Counted from the first letter of the whole stretch, positions 35,363 through 48,420 are shown. The stretch is 58,823 nucleotides of DNA, filler included, from Sphacelaria rigidula (GCA_964200075.2; 6 parts of 6 records of this genome joined end to end with filler, not necessarily neighbours in it); one strand, 5' to 3'. Made by a program: numbers and translations. The notes: generated by a model from the letters alone, not told the origin.

Positions 35363-38011
35363 TCGTTGACGAGCGTGAACCAGCCTGTAGAGACTGAACA
35401 GAAAAAACGTGCTCTAACGTTTAATTTTTGCATCAGCACTGCATTTTTTTATTGTTGCACTTTAACTGACCCCCCAGGGGTCCAGCCGTGGTGTCATGAT
35501 AGACGTACCCAAATAAAACGAAACTGAAGCACGCTCTGAAGAAAATAAGGAACAGGAAGAAAATTAACTCAAAAAATTGAAAACGTGACATGTCCTGCGT
35601 TCTGGGGCTTCTCTTTTCTTGGCGATGCGAAGAAGATAGCTGCTCGTTTGATGTTTTTGGGTGTCCGGAAAATACATACAGCCCTGGAAAATTTGCGTAA
35701 GTTGAAAGGTGATATCTCCTCAACCAAGTAGCTGTGCGCTGTAGGTAAGCCTATCTGTGCCTCATCACGACATGTAGTTATGCATGTAACGAGTTCTGGA
35801 CCCTAGCAACAGAGCAGACAAGCAGATGCAGCCGGCCATTCGTTGGGAAGGTCGCTGTTTCTGCGGAAGGGTAGGCGCAAAATTCCCGGAAAACATCGCA
35901 TGTGCTCACATCGTTTGTTCGGGAAGCGCGGAATACACACGGATGCCCACAGCGATCGCACAATAGCTAGAAGGCTCGCCCTAGCCAAGCCGGCTGTGTC
36001 AGGCCTGGTGTGACTCGACTTCGTTGAGTACGTTAGTAAATATTATTCGCGGGTGCCTCTAGAGCAGTGTAAAGCACCGCTGTTACGCCGTATGTTGCAA
36101 CTGCGTGCTGTACGTACAGTCAGTACAGTACGATGAACAAAACAATCATCGCCGTACTGTCCGTACATACACTGAAAGTTAGTACACGCGACAATCGTCA
36201 ACATTTGTGTCTGCTGTAGCTCCTATAAATACAACAGAGGCGTCAGCTAGCCCTTCGACTCGTCCTAGAGAGCGCGAACTACAGACCCCGCTATTATAGC
36301 AGTAGTGAAAAAAACTCATGTAGCGGCCTGCTGGGGTAGCGCTCCATTCTACCTGCGCTTGTGCCGAACTATGTGCCGATATATGAGGCATCTACATATA
36401 TCTCAAGACTGAAGATTTCGCTGGGCTGTGCTGCAGACAGCTCGCGTCCCAAAAACTCGTTGTACAGTAGCATACATGCCGTGCTCCTCAATTTCTACCG
36501 CGTTTAAGTCATCTTCCAGACATTTAAGGCCCGGCGCTAAATACACTTTTTTTCAACGATGTCACCGACACCTACCTCTATGTGTGGTGAGAAGGGTGGT
36601 TTCTGCCGTGTGCCAAAAAGCAGTTTGGTTCAGGCCTCTGTCCGCGTCCAGCCCCACTGAACCACACTCCCTTTGTGGAAATGACAATCTAGTATCCTTT
36701 TTTTTTTTCCAACATGAAAGTTCACATTTTTCATCCATATTTCGTCTGTTTTTACACCAAGTGCAACAAACGAAGGGTGTTGCCGAGACTTTCAAGACTG
36801 GGCGCGATCAAGCGACATATATAACCTGTTGTAGGGCGAAGCTTGTGATGCGCCCACACGGATATGACTCTTAATATCTTGGTTCGGGATGTGACGCGCG
36901 CGTTACCCATACAGTGCCGGCCCGCTTACAAAAGTTACTTTTCTTCGTAAGAAATTGAGCTCAAAGGGTGTGGCATAATGAGAAATCGAGTAGCAGAAAA
37001 TCGATCAACATCGAGCACGAAAGTTCTCACGTATAAGGAATAACTGACGTAAGAAACACAAAAATCTGCTGGGCTGGGAATGAGGAAATGACCAAAATAG
37101 GAAAGGGATGCAGTTGTCTTGTCCAGTCATGAGAAATGGCGACATGAGAAATAACGCTTATGTCGACTGCCAGAGTAGTTTTTTTCAGTCTCCCTCTAAA
37201 TAGCTGGTCCTTCTGAGCGGGTCGGCCCTGTATGTTGAGCGAACGCAACGGTATCCACAGGGTACGTGCTGGGAGGTGCATTCACCACCGAATTCCGGGT
37301 GAAATTAGCTCCCGAGCCCACATGCTTGTCATGTTTCGGACTTATATTGAGTCGTTCAAACAATTGAGGAATACCCCTCTGATGTCAAACGTTTTGCGGT
37401 GGAACGTCTGTCTGTCCCGTCCCTGAATGACTCATGCAAGCTTGTGTCGTCGGTGCACTCACTGCCTAGCGCAACAACGATGTTGTGTCGCGAAGTCGCA
37501 CACTCTCGACAATATGTGGTCAATGGTTGCAACAGAAAATTTTCGAGGTGTGTTAATCGCTTGGTCGACGAAGAAATTTTCGGAAACATTTTTTTTTTTT
37601 AAATAACGCCTACCCTAGAAAGCCTAACCTCCAACTCAAGGCATACCGAGAACTCGGGCGACGGGGGTGCCAAGCGTTCCCTAGGCAAAGTATGGCGGGC
37701 GCCACAATTGACGAAAACGCGTTCTGGGCATGCGAGGAGCAGTTGGGACTGTCAGCCCGGCTAGAGATCCGAATATCGGTGTTTACACTCAAATCAATTG
37801 ATAAAATTCCGGGAAGGTTCTAATTGACCAAGCGGGAAACAGTACTGAAATATTCTACTGTGCAGAGTATAGGCCTATTGTATTGCATCTATCGTCGGAC
37901 CGACAACAGCTGCAATAGACCTATACTTCAGGCAGTACACATTTTTGATTGCAACTATTCACCATATATCGTGCAGTTTGTGCAATATTATGATGCCGGT
38001 CCTGAGGGGGA

Positions 38012-38873
38012 GGGAGGGGGCGTACTCTTTCGTTGCTTGCCTTGGTCATTTGACCATTGACAATGCATCCCGTTCGAGGTGAAACTTCCGATGAAGATAC
38101 CTCCAACGTTTGGGTGCTCATTACGTTTTGTCCATACATTACACAAGAACCGTTCACGTATCACATGTCCTTCCTGTTTCGCCCCTTGTGGCCACCACTT
38201 ATCTCCTAGTATAGCCATCGTTTTTTCCTGCTACTCTCTAATGTACAAAACGATTTCATGTCACATTCGTTTGGTTCTCTCATGCCCTCCTTCCACGCGT
38301 CCCGTTACTTCTTTTTATAGTTCACCTTCTCCCCCCGTATAACTTGCGTTCCCTGTTACTTCGCCGCAACAGCAATTCCGTGCATAAACGTCTTCCTCCA
38401 CCTGACCACTGGTATAGCTCTTTCTTCTTTCTGACAGGCCCAGGTCCATTCGTAGTTTCATCTTTTACGCGTAGTCCATTCGGCCGTGCAAATATGTCTC
38501 TATTTTCCCTACCCCGCCTCTCAACCACCCAGTATATCTTCACTTGTTCTTCCTCGTTTACTATCCGTCTTCGCGCTAGTTTCCCCCTTATATTTTGTCA
38601 CGTATCTTTACTTTTGTCTTGTACCCTCCACATTTACCTGTGGACATCTTCTCTTGTTGATTTCCTCCTACATCGTTCCATACTTCCTTGACTACGCCGT
38701 ACCACTTCACTCCAGCCTGCCCTTTCGTCATTTTATTCCGCACAGCGCTACCAACTGTGACTGATATTCTCTTTTTTTAAATCTTGTGCGAATTGTTTTG
38801 TCATGTTCAATGTTCTCGTGTCTCTCATCTGTTTCAAGTGGGTACATTCCCACTTGTGCTCTCAATACAGTCT
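38012..38873 (-). mobile_element. Degenerate LINE (non-LTR retrotransposon) 3' fragment
   Basis: Colinear with 57640-58730 (LRAQVGMYPLETDERH; AILGDKWWPQGAKQEG; shared 3' end). Multiple frameshifts. Confidence 0.85.
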
Positions 38874-38894
38874 GATGGGTAGGGGAGAGGGGGG

Positions 38895-39012
38895 AAATTG
38901 GTTGATTTGGTTGTTTGTCGTACGTCAACCGATTCCCGATGAAATCACCTGTGATCACCAGGTGAACATGTTGAAGGTGAACAACAACAACAGCAACAGC
39001 AACAGCAACAGT
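38895..39012 (+). repeat. Retroelement-like 3' end with (AAC/AGC)n tail
   Basis: CACCTGTGATCACCAGGTGAACATGTTGAAGGTG followed by an AAC-rich tail, architecturally like family S1. Confidence 0.45.
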
Positions 39013-39183
39013 AGCTAAAGAACCCTCTGGCAAGGAGGAAGATACAGCAAACAAGAGCTTACTGAAAAAATGAAAAATATATCCTGAAAGCAGCCGGTGG
39101 CGGGGGGGCGGGGCGGGGGGGGGGGGGGGGGGGACGGAGTCCACGTGCGGGGGGCTATGCAGACGCGGGCGGGCCATAAGTAC

Positions 39184-39283
39184 NNNNNNNNNNNNNNNNN
39201 NNNNNNNNNNNNNNNNNNNNNNNNNNNTTAATTAATTAANNNNNNNNNNNNNNNNNNNNNNNNNNNNNNNNNNNNNNNNNNNN
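39184..39283. other. Artificial contig spacer
   Basis: N44-TTAATTAATTAA-N44. Confidence 0.98.
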
Positions 39284-40407
39284 AGAGCTGGGGAGTCCCT
39301 CGAACAAGCATATTGACGCTGTCATTCTAGCGCTGGCTAGCGTCACATGATCAATAATCAAGAAAGTTATCGCATTTTCCCTCTTCTTCCTGAAACTTCC
39401 TCGCTTTAACTTCCTCTTCTTCTTCTTTTCCTCTGCACCAATCACAGGGTTGCACAGATTGATGATGATAATGTGTCAAACTTCAGCGCCTAACCCTTCG
39501 AATTACCAATCGCATCTCCACTCTTCATTCAAAAACCACTGTCAGCTGGCCCAGCTCGTAGACGTGACGGTTTTATGGACGAAAAACAAAATGGCCCAGA
39601 CTATCGAGCGGATGAGTGCCTTCCTCTTGATCAGATGATCAATACGATGTGCGGAGCACGGCCCAACTCGTCTGTGTCACTGAGATTTGGCCTTGAGACC
39701 GGAAGTCCGCGTCTAGACCGACCCAGCTCGTATTCACCAAACTGCCAAGTTTGAAGATGACCGAGGTTTTTCATGAGAGATATGAATAGAACCATCGGGA
39801 GGCTTTTTGAGTCTTTGCTTCATATCAGTGGAAATCGGACGACACCGGAACTCCACATCACCCGAATACCATGGTTTGGGGTATATAATGCAACCCGGTA
39901 CGAACTGTTTTCAGATTTGTTTTCTTCATGGGATTCCCTAGCTGATAACGTTTACCAAATGATTCATGCCGAGATTGGGTAGAAGGTGTCTTGAAAACTT
40001 CCATATCTTCATTCAACAACAGGTTCGAGGGCCCCGATTGGATTGCAAACATTTTCACTAGTAGTGCCACATCGAAGGACGGAAGAAGCATTCTGAATAT
40101 GTCACACTGCGCGCTTGCTCGCGGTGGTGACTACGGTATCACTATGTTTTTTGAGGTCAGATTTGCGTTCTGTACAAATTGATGAAACAGAAATGGACAT
40201 AGACCTTAAACGGGCCTGGCACATTACGGCTCACGTATCTTCAAAACAGGTACGGAATATTGCCCACTTTGCTGATTGGTTTACGCAGGCTGCCGCTGGA
40301 CTGGTGAGCCTGCCTGTCTTGAGCGGGTGTGACCGTGCGAATCGCAGCAGCAGCACCACTAGTGGGACTAACGTAGCCTTGATCCACATTTTCGAATAGT
40401 TGTGGGG

Positions 40408-43400
40408 ATGCCTTTCGAGTGCACCCACACAGGCGACACGACGACGGCATCATACACATTTGCCGGTGGCAAGAAGGCGGAGTTCTGCGCCATACACGCC
40501 TCGGCGGGCAAGTTCAATGTAGTAAGCAAGCGGTGCTGAAAGGAGGGCTGCTTAGAACGACTATCGTTCGGAGCAGCCGGTGGCAGGAGGGCAGAATTCT
40601 GCGTTACACACGCCTCGGTTGGCATGGTCAATGTGAGAAGCAACCGGTGCGGCGAGGAGGGCTGCTCAAAACCACCATCGTTCGAAGCAGCCGGTGGTAG
40701 GAAAGCGGAATTCTGCGTTACACACGCTTTGGCGGGTATGGTCAACATAAGAAGCAAGTTGTGCGGCAAGGAGGGCTGCTTCAAACACCAAATATTCGAT
40801 GCAGTCGTTGGCAGAAAGGTGGAGTTTTGCGCCACATACTCTCCGGCGGGCATGGTCAACGTGGTGATCAAGCGGTGCGGCAAGGAGGGCTGCTCCAAAC
40901 ACCCAATATTTGGTGCAGCCGGTGGCAGAAAGGCAGAATTCTGCGCCGCACACGCCCCTGCCAGTATGGTCGATGTGAGATGCAGGCGGTGCAGCAAGGA
41001 GGGCTGCTTCAAACAACCATTGTTTGGAGCAGACGGTAGCAGAAAGCCTGAGTTCTGCGCCACACACGCCCCTGCGGGCTCGTTGAATGTAGTAAGCAAG
41101 CGTTGTGGTAAAAAGGGCTGCTCAAAACGACCATCCTTCGGTGCATCGGTCGGCAGGAAGGCGGAATTCTGCTCTCCACACGCCCCGGCGGGCATGGTCA
41201 ATGTAAGAAGCAAGCGGTGCGGCGAGAAGGGCTGTTCCAAACACCCAATATTCGGTGCAACCGGTGGCAAAAAGGTGGAGTTCTGCGCCACACACGCCCT
41301 GGCGGGCATGATCGATGTGATGAGTAAGCGGTGCAGCGAGGAAAGCTGTCCCTGACACCCATCGTTTAGGGCAGCCGGTAGCAGAAGGGTAGAGTTCTGC
41401 GCTGCACACGCCCGGGCGGGTATGGTCGATGTGAGAAGCAGGCGGTGTGGCAAGGACGGCTGCTTCAAATGGCCGTCGTACGGTGCTGTCGCTGGTGGGA
41501 AGGCAGGGTTCTGCGCCACACACGCCTCAGTGGGCATGGTTGATGCAAGACACAAGCAGTGCGGCAAGGGGGGCTGCTCTAAATGGCCATCGTTCGGTGC
41601 AGCCAGTAGCAGGAAGGCGGAGTTCTGCGCCACACACGCCTCAGCGGGCATGGTCAATGTGATGAGCAAGCGGTGCGGTAAGGAAGGCTGCTTCAACGGA
41701 CCAATATTCGGTGCAGCCGGAAGCAGGGAGGCGGAGTTCTGGACCACACACGCCCCGGCAAACATGATCGTGGTGAGAAGCAGGCGGTGTGGCAAGGAGG
41801 GCTGCTCTAAATGGCCATTGTTCGGTGCGACCAGTAGCAGAAAGTCGGAGTTCTGCGCGGCACACGCCCCGGCGGACATGTTCGATGTGGTGAGCGACCG
41901 GTGCGGTAAGGAAGGCTGCTTCAACCGACCAATATTCGGTGCAGCCGGAAGCAGGGAGGCGAAGTTCTGCACCACACACGCCCCGACAGTAATGGTCAAT
42001 GTGAGAAGCAAGCGGTGTGGCAAGGAGGGCTACTCCACATGGCCGGCGTTCGTTGCAGGCGCTGGTGAGAAGGCGGAGTTCTGCATAACGCACGCCTCAG
42101 AGGGCATGGTTGATGTGAGAAGCAAACGGTGTGGCAAAAACGGCTGCTCCAAGCAACTATCGTTTGGTGCAGTCGCTGGCGGGAAGACAGAGTTCAGCGC
42201 CACACTCGCTCAGATTAGCGTGATCGTCGTAAGAGGCAGCCTGTGCGAGAAGGAGGCGTGCTCCACACAAACATCGTTCGTTACGGCCGGTAGCAGGAAG
42301 GCGGAGTTCTGCGCCACACGCCACTCGGAGGACATGATTGATGTAGTGAGCAAGCGGTGCGGCGAGGAGGACTGCTCGAAGCAACCATCATTCGGTGCAG
42401 CCGTAGGCGGGAAGGCGGAGTCCTGCGCCACACATGCCCCAGCGGCTATGGTCGATATAAGAAGCAAGCGGTACAGTGAGGAAGGCTGCTCCACACGACC
42501 ATCATTCGGTGCAGTGGTTGTCAGGAAAGCGAAGTTCTGCGCCGCACACGCCCAGGCTGACATGGGTTTCATACGAAGCAACCTGTGCGGCGAGAAGGCG
42601 CGCCCCACACAAGCTTCGTTTTGGTGCAGCCAGTAGCCGGAAGCCAGAGTTCGGCGCCACACACGCCCCGGCGGGCATGGTCGATGCGCGGAGCAAGCGG
42701 TGCGGCCAGGAGGGCTGCTCTAAATATTCACCTTCAGGTGAAGCGGGTGGCATAAGAGCAGGGTTGTGCGCTGCGCATACACGCGGAGTCTCTTTGAATG
42801 GGAATGAGTACACCTCGCAGCCTTGTGATGTCCGGATGCGGAAGCACGGGAATACCTCTTGTCATGCTGCATATGACCTGGCCAAATCGGCTGATGGAAC
42901 GGGATGTGTCAAAAAAGAGAACCGCTTGAAAGATGACTCGGCCCTGAGGAGGACTGGTGTCAATATCGATGAATATGATGGGAGACCCAGGTATCCGTCG
43001 GATGCCCATCTCAACACAAACGACAGGGGTCGTGGAGCTAATTTTCGCCGCACACCGCGTGCCATTTGTTCCAGGCGACGGGATGTAAATTCTACAGGGG
43101 CGTCCCTTACCTCTTCAGGAGAAGCCTCCGGCACGAGGACGGTAGACAGGATTCCCGTAGGTAAGGCGGAGACGTGCATAACAATGTGGAGGTGACTGCT
43201 TCGCTCACGCGACGTTTCGAAAAGATACGAACAAGTGGAGAACTGGATACCGCGCTATCCAGAAATTGCGACATCATAGGCGACGAAGGCTCCAGCAGCA
43301 CTGCTAAAACAAATGGCTGCGACTGTAGCATCAGCAGTGGAAGGAATGCCAAACGGCGACGCCGCACGGGGCAGATGGTGCCATTATTTGATGTGTCGGT

Positions 43401-43707
43401 GGGGAATGATGTGATGGTTGAAGAGGGGGAAGAAGGCATAAAGTTGGAATGGCATGTGTCTTCTCCTTCCCGACAGGTGTCCGCGGCATCATCGTTCCTG
43501 CGCGAGAGGTACTTCAATGGGAGGGCCCATGCACACCCTTTTGATCTTCGGCTGAGGGCTGTTTCGCCGAATGTCACGTGCGCAAGCTATTATTTCGCAC
43601 AAATCTACGCGATAGACACCAGCCTGGTTGTTTCCGCAATGTGTGGTGCCGCTGTGTATGAATATAGCTGGAGAAGTCGCCAACGGCTGGCTCACGTTTG
43701 TGGATAA
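40408..43707 (+). pseudogene. EsV-1-7 cysteine-rich repeat protein, intronless, disrupted (about 21 repeats of 38 aa)
   Basis: ATG at 40408 (MPFECTHTG...KKAEFCAIH), then 114-bp units of consensus MVNVRSKRCGKEGCSKxPxFGAAGGRKAEFCATHAPAG (C-x4-C-x16-C-x2-H) to ~42780, then a non-repeat tail. In-frame TGA at 40537 and 41353, a +1 frameshift at ~42620 and a probable further shift at ~43175. The 3' end is uncertain. Confidence 0.9.
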
Positions 43708-44385
43708 TTGCATGATGGCGAATTATTCGCAGTAATATTTTCTGTGGCATGGTGGCATCTTTTTTCGTTGTTTTCCCGTATTTTGGGGACCCACATGGTA
43801 TGATGTCTCCGCGTTCCTCGATGCTCTCGGCAGGTCGTCGTGAAGCAAGAAGGAAGTTGCATTGTTGCCTCATCGTTTACCGCCGTGAACCCGGAATGCG
43901 ACGGGTCCCTCTGGAATCTGCATAAGATCAAGGGTTCGAATCCTTAATTTTCGGATTTCCGCCCTTGAAGGCATGATGTGAGTAGTTGAGATTGTTTGAC
44001 TAGAGTCGCCGTGCAATACATGTGCCAAAATGCCAGTCATGTTCCAGGTGGGAGACCGATGGGTTGATCTCTTGGGGAGCTACATACTCATCCCGAGGAT
44101 CGAAAAGGTTGACAGGGGGTCCAGAAAAATACAGCCAAGGGGAGCTGAGACTCACCCCGAGGATCGGAGAGGTTGACAATGTTCGAGACAAATACAGCCA
44201 TTGCGCTGCTCATAGCACCAGTGTTCCTTGCAACACACATGATCCGGCAGGTGTGATCGATGGTAAGAGTGCGCATCCGAGTTGCACCGGCGTGGTTGAT
44301 GGCACGAACGTCGGGCATGCCTAACAATGCCGACATGATACGATCACGTACAGCGCGGTGGCGAGACTCCGTGCATCCCGTTCAC

Positions 44386-45950
44386 ACCCTGGACAATACA
44401 AAATGTTTCCAATATATGTATTAGTCGATCATCTGGGGATTTTGCGATATATTGCCGGCGTAATATACTTTGGTACTCTTGGACTGCACAAGTATTGCGC
44501 GCCCACTATATATTGATGCTATGAGACTGCATACATATTTCTCGCCCAACATATATTGGTACTGTGGGGTTAAACACATATTGTCCCGTCAATAAATATT
44601 GGGACAGCGTGGGCGACAGCATATTGCACGGCCAAAATATATCAGGGTCGCATTGGTAAGAGCACATTGACCGGTCAATATATGTTGGGTCTACGTGGAT
44701 GTCAATGTATTGGCCGGTCAAAATATATTGAATACTCTAGTATGGAGGACATTTTAGGAAAGATTCAGACGCGATCGATGCCGGAGCCCGTGCAGGTTGG
44801 GAAAAGCTTCAAAGGGAGCTGCAGAAGTTCGCGTGCATTACTACAGAGAGAGTTGACGAATTCGTTTGACACACACACATATATATATATACTGGTCAAA
44901 AAATGTGGTGACAGAAGAGGCGACCCGCCATATATGCCTCCTGATATCTATCTGGCCACCGGTGCGGGGCCGGGCCGCCCATCCCCTTCCTGGCGTGCGA
45001 TTAATACATCTTGGCTAAACATCACGATGACCGAGAACGCGGGCCGATATGCGCCTTTTGGTACCCCTGTGGTCATCGGGGCTGTGTTGCTTAAACCCTG
45101 GACAATACAATATGTTCCAATATGATACCAATACTTCGTACTGGAGCCAGCGCAGATATTTTCTTTTTTATATACTGTGTTGAGATGTCCTCGGAAATAT
45201 TGAAGCAACAACATATATTGCTCGTGTGATAATCATGCAGTAATGTATGACAATATATATTGGACATGAATTTGCTCCGGGAATGAAACATTCAATGTAT
45301 AATATCATATATTGGAGGCAAACCATGCAAAAAGTATTGTTTTTCCAATATATGTTGCGCACGCTCATCGCATAGCCAACATATATTGAACATGCTTACG
45401 GAGGAATATATTGAGCGTTTTCGGCATGTGGTGATACATCTTTGAATGGCGCCCGCGAACATAGAACTGCCCATCATACTAATTCCAACACACTTTTCAA
45501 TCTTTGGTTGAACGTAAAAAATTGTTGCTACACCAACATGTATTGTGACCGTCGGTTATTTCGTAGGTTGTCTGCCCAATATATATCGGACGCATTGACG
45601 CACGACATATTGGGGCCGCAATATATATATATATTGGAGCTTCGGGTGTCGAGTATATTGAATAATCCATATATATATATATATATTGACCTCGTGTGGC
45701 AGCCAGTATATCACTCGACAAATATATATTGGTACCTTCTCGCACCAACATATTACTCGGCCAATACATATTGAGGCGGTGCGTGCCGTGATGTATTGTT
45801 CGGTCGGTTTATGTTGCGTGTGGCGAGCCTTGACATATTAATGGCACGATATATATAGACCCTCTCTCGTGCCATCATATTTCTCGCCCAATATACGTGG
45901 ACCACCTGACCCGTCGATATATTGAGCGGGCAATATATATGTACATGTAT
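44386..45950. repeat. Two blocks of CAATATAT/ATATATTG motif arrays (probable DNA-transposon subterminal repeats)
   Basis: Blocks ~44386-44740 and ~45096-45950 both start with ACCCTGGACAATACAA and contain dozens of degenerate motif copies in both orientations. Confidence 0.6.
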
Positions 45951-48080
45951 CATTTCGCAAGTTTCACCACTTTTGCCGAGTTTTCCCTGGCGGCAATGCA
46001 TCTTATACCGCGCTTTGTTTTGCAGTTCACGAAAAAGGTGCAGCGGTACATTACCTGTGAGGTTTAGGTGTCATGTGATACCGGTGGCGCGTGTTCTGGC
46101 CATCGACAGTCGCCCACACTGGCTCCATTTCGCGGGGTGTGGATCCCGAGCCACAAAAGCCTCCTCAAGATCGTGCAAAACTGGAAAAAAGAATTGGAAC
46201 CGCAAAAGCCCGTTCATGGCGGGGTATTTCTTCACCGTGTGATTATCTTTGCATTGTCATCTATTTAGTTTCTCGGGTGTCGGCTAGACTGCTATAAATC
46301 GAGAGTAGAGCGCCAATTGAGAGTAGCGTTGATCATTCCCTTTCACTTGGCCACATATTCATTCCGTATGTGCTCTTCTTTGCCTCTATCACTAACAGGG
46401 GATTCTTTGAAATGAGTTTCATCAATGAAATGAGGTTTGAAGGCCCTAGCCGTTGAGTGACAAAAAACCCTCAGGAGTGCCGCACGACGGCGCTGATGTA
46501 CAATGTTTGGGAGGAATAGGAAGTGCGTCCGTGGTTGCACATGTCGCCCATCCGTGGTTAGCTGCAGGCGACGGAGCATAACAACGTTTGTTTGATTGTC
46601 GACGATGTTTTCACTATTGTTTGTCTCGAGGCTCGTGTCCAGACAAAAATATCGGGCGTCAAGTTGCTGTCAGTAAGGTCAGTAAGGTGCTGTCAGTGAC
46701 GTGGTGAGGGATATCACTACCAACGCAGTGATGTGCCGAGCGAATGATTGGGCGTCCCCTGTCCTGAAGAATTGACGGCCGATGCACAACGTGAATAATT
46801 TATTGCACGACTCAACCGTACGGCAAATACCCGTCGAGCTTTCCAATCCGGTTCGAGCATATATGAGGCGGCAATGTCTCTGTCGAAAGAGAGATCGTGG
46901 GCATCCACCCCAAGATCGCTTCGTACGGTCCCGCCATACACAGCATCGCAACACCGCATCATGCTACATGACAACATCTCGCCCCCGCCCTGAACTGTAC
47001 GTTCGCGCCCGCATCCCGACCTATATGTGAACCTATTACTTTCACTCTCCAACTGCGCCACTGCAACTCGAGGCTCCAGTGTCATCACTAGTTGCTATTG
47101 CAAACATCACCATCGCCATCACTTCCAGTATCGCAGTCATCATGGTGATCATCGGGGGCTACCTCGTCCTCCAACCCCTCTCGACCCGTGTCGCGTCTGG
47201 CCTTCAGCCACCTTTGCTCGGATCCCGGCCCATCTACGACCAGATCCCCGGGAGTGACCGCGATAGGTAGCTTCGCGGTGAGCCTCCCTTTCCTCTCTCG
47301 ACTCTCTTGCACACTGGCTAATACAACATGCTGCGTACCATCTGCGCCGCCTATCGCAGCGGTAATGTACGAGCCTCTGGAGCCATTGTGCGGTATTTTC
47401 GACCTGATCCCCATCACAACCCCCTCCCCGCCCGTATCCCATTCCAAATGGTAGAATGGGCACGTGTCTGAGACCTCCAAATACAGGGCCGCTTCCGGCT
47501 GGCAGGCTTTCCTGTCGGGTTTTACAGGGCGCCTGAGTTGTTTGTTGGATGGGACCAAGACCATACAATTACATTGCTGATAAAGGATTTCTTGAGGTAT
47601 CGAATCCATAGCCTCTCCACGCGTGTTGTACACCCTGTACTTTCCCCACAAGGGAATTTCAGGGTATACGATCTTCTGCTGGCCGGGCTTCGTGATGAGG
47701 AACGGCTCGTTCATTTGATTGAACGTCGAAAGCTGCGACCGAAATCAACGGTGGACAAGGTAGAGACAGCCGGCGGCAACGAACATGAGAAAGTCAGTTC
47801 GGGATACGTAGGAGGGGCGGTGGTTGGAATCAGCGCTCAGACAGGGGTCTCAAACCACGATGTGTAGTTGTTCCCGGAACCACATGCCCCCCAGACATCG
47901 CGATGTGTACGCGCCCATAAACGGACCCGAAAAAAACTGTTTTTTCGCGAAGTGCGGTAAAGCGGGAGGGAAAAAAACTCGATACCACGCAGTAAAAAAA
48001 CTACATCTCCAACGGTGCACGAAAACACAAAAACGAGCTATTATGTCCCATTTTTTTGTTTGGAACTTTCAGGGAGGTAG

Positions 48081-48420
48081 GGGGGGAGTCGTACTCGTTT
48101 GCTGCTTGCTTTAGTCGTTTGACCATTGACCACGCATCTTTTTCGAGACGGAGCACCGTTCCTACTCCTAGTAGAGACATCTCCAACATTCTGGCGCTCA
48201 TTGCGTTCCTTCAGCAGCTCACTACGTTTTTTCCATACATTACACAAGAACCTTTTACATACCTTATCCCCGTTCTGTTTCGCCGTCTCTGGCCACCATC
48301 TATCTTCTAGTGTAGATATCGTCTTCTCCCTACTGCTCAAGGCATCAAACGATTGCATACCGCCTTCGTTCACGTCCAGGATTTCCCTCTCTAGCACGTC
48401 CCGTTCCGTCCCGTTCGGGT
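48081..48420 (-). mobile_element. LINE 3' fragment (same family as 57640-58730)
   Basis: ERDVLEREI...FDALSSREKTISTLEDRWWPETAKQNGDK. Shared 3' terminus GTCGTTTGACCATTGACCACGCATC..TTCGAGACGGAGCACCG. Confidence 0.85.

Noticed and set aside
40537-41355. In-frame TGA codons as selenocysteine or programmed readthrough
   Set aside because: They replace Gly and Lys positions rather than Cys, and co-occur with frameshifts and ligand losses, which fits decay.
40368-42023. 551-aa minus-strand ORF
   Set aside because: Antisense shadow of the EsV-1-7 repeats. The conserved Cys/His pattern and a family-like N terminus are on the plus strand.
44386-45950. CRISPR-like array
   Set aside because: The motif is only ~8 bp, degenerate, in both orientations and irregularly spaced. 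No cas genes, and the context is eukaryotic.
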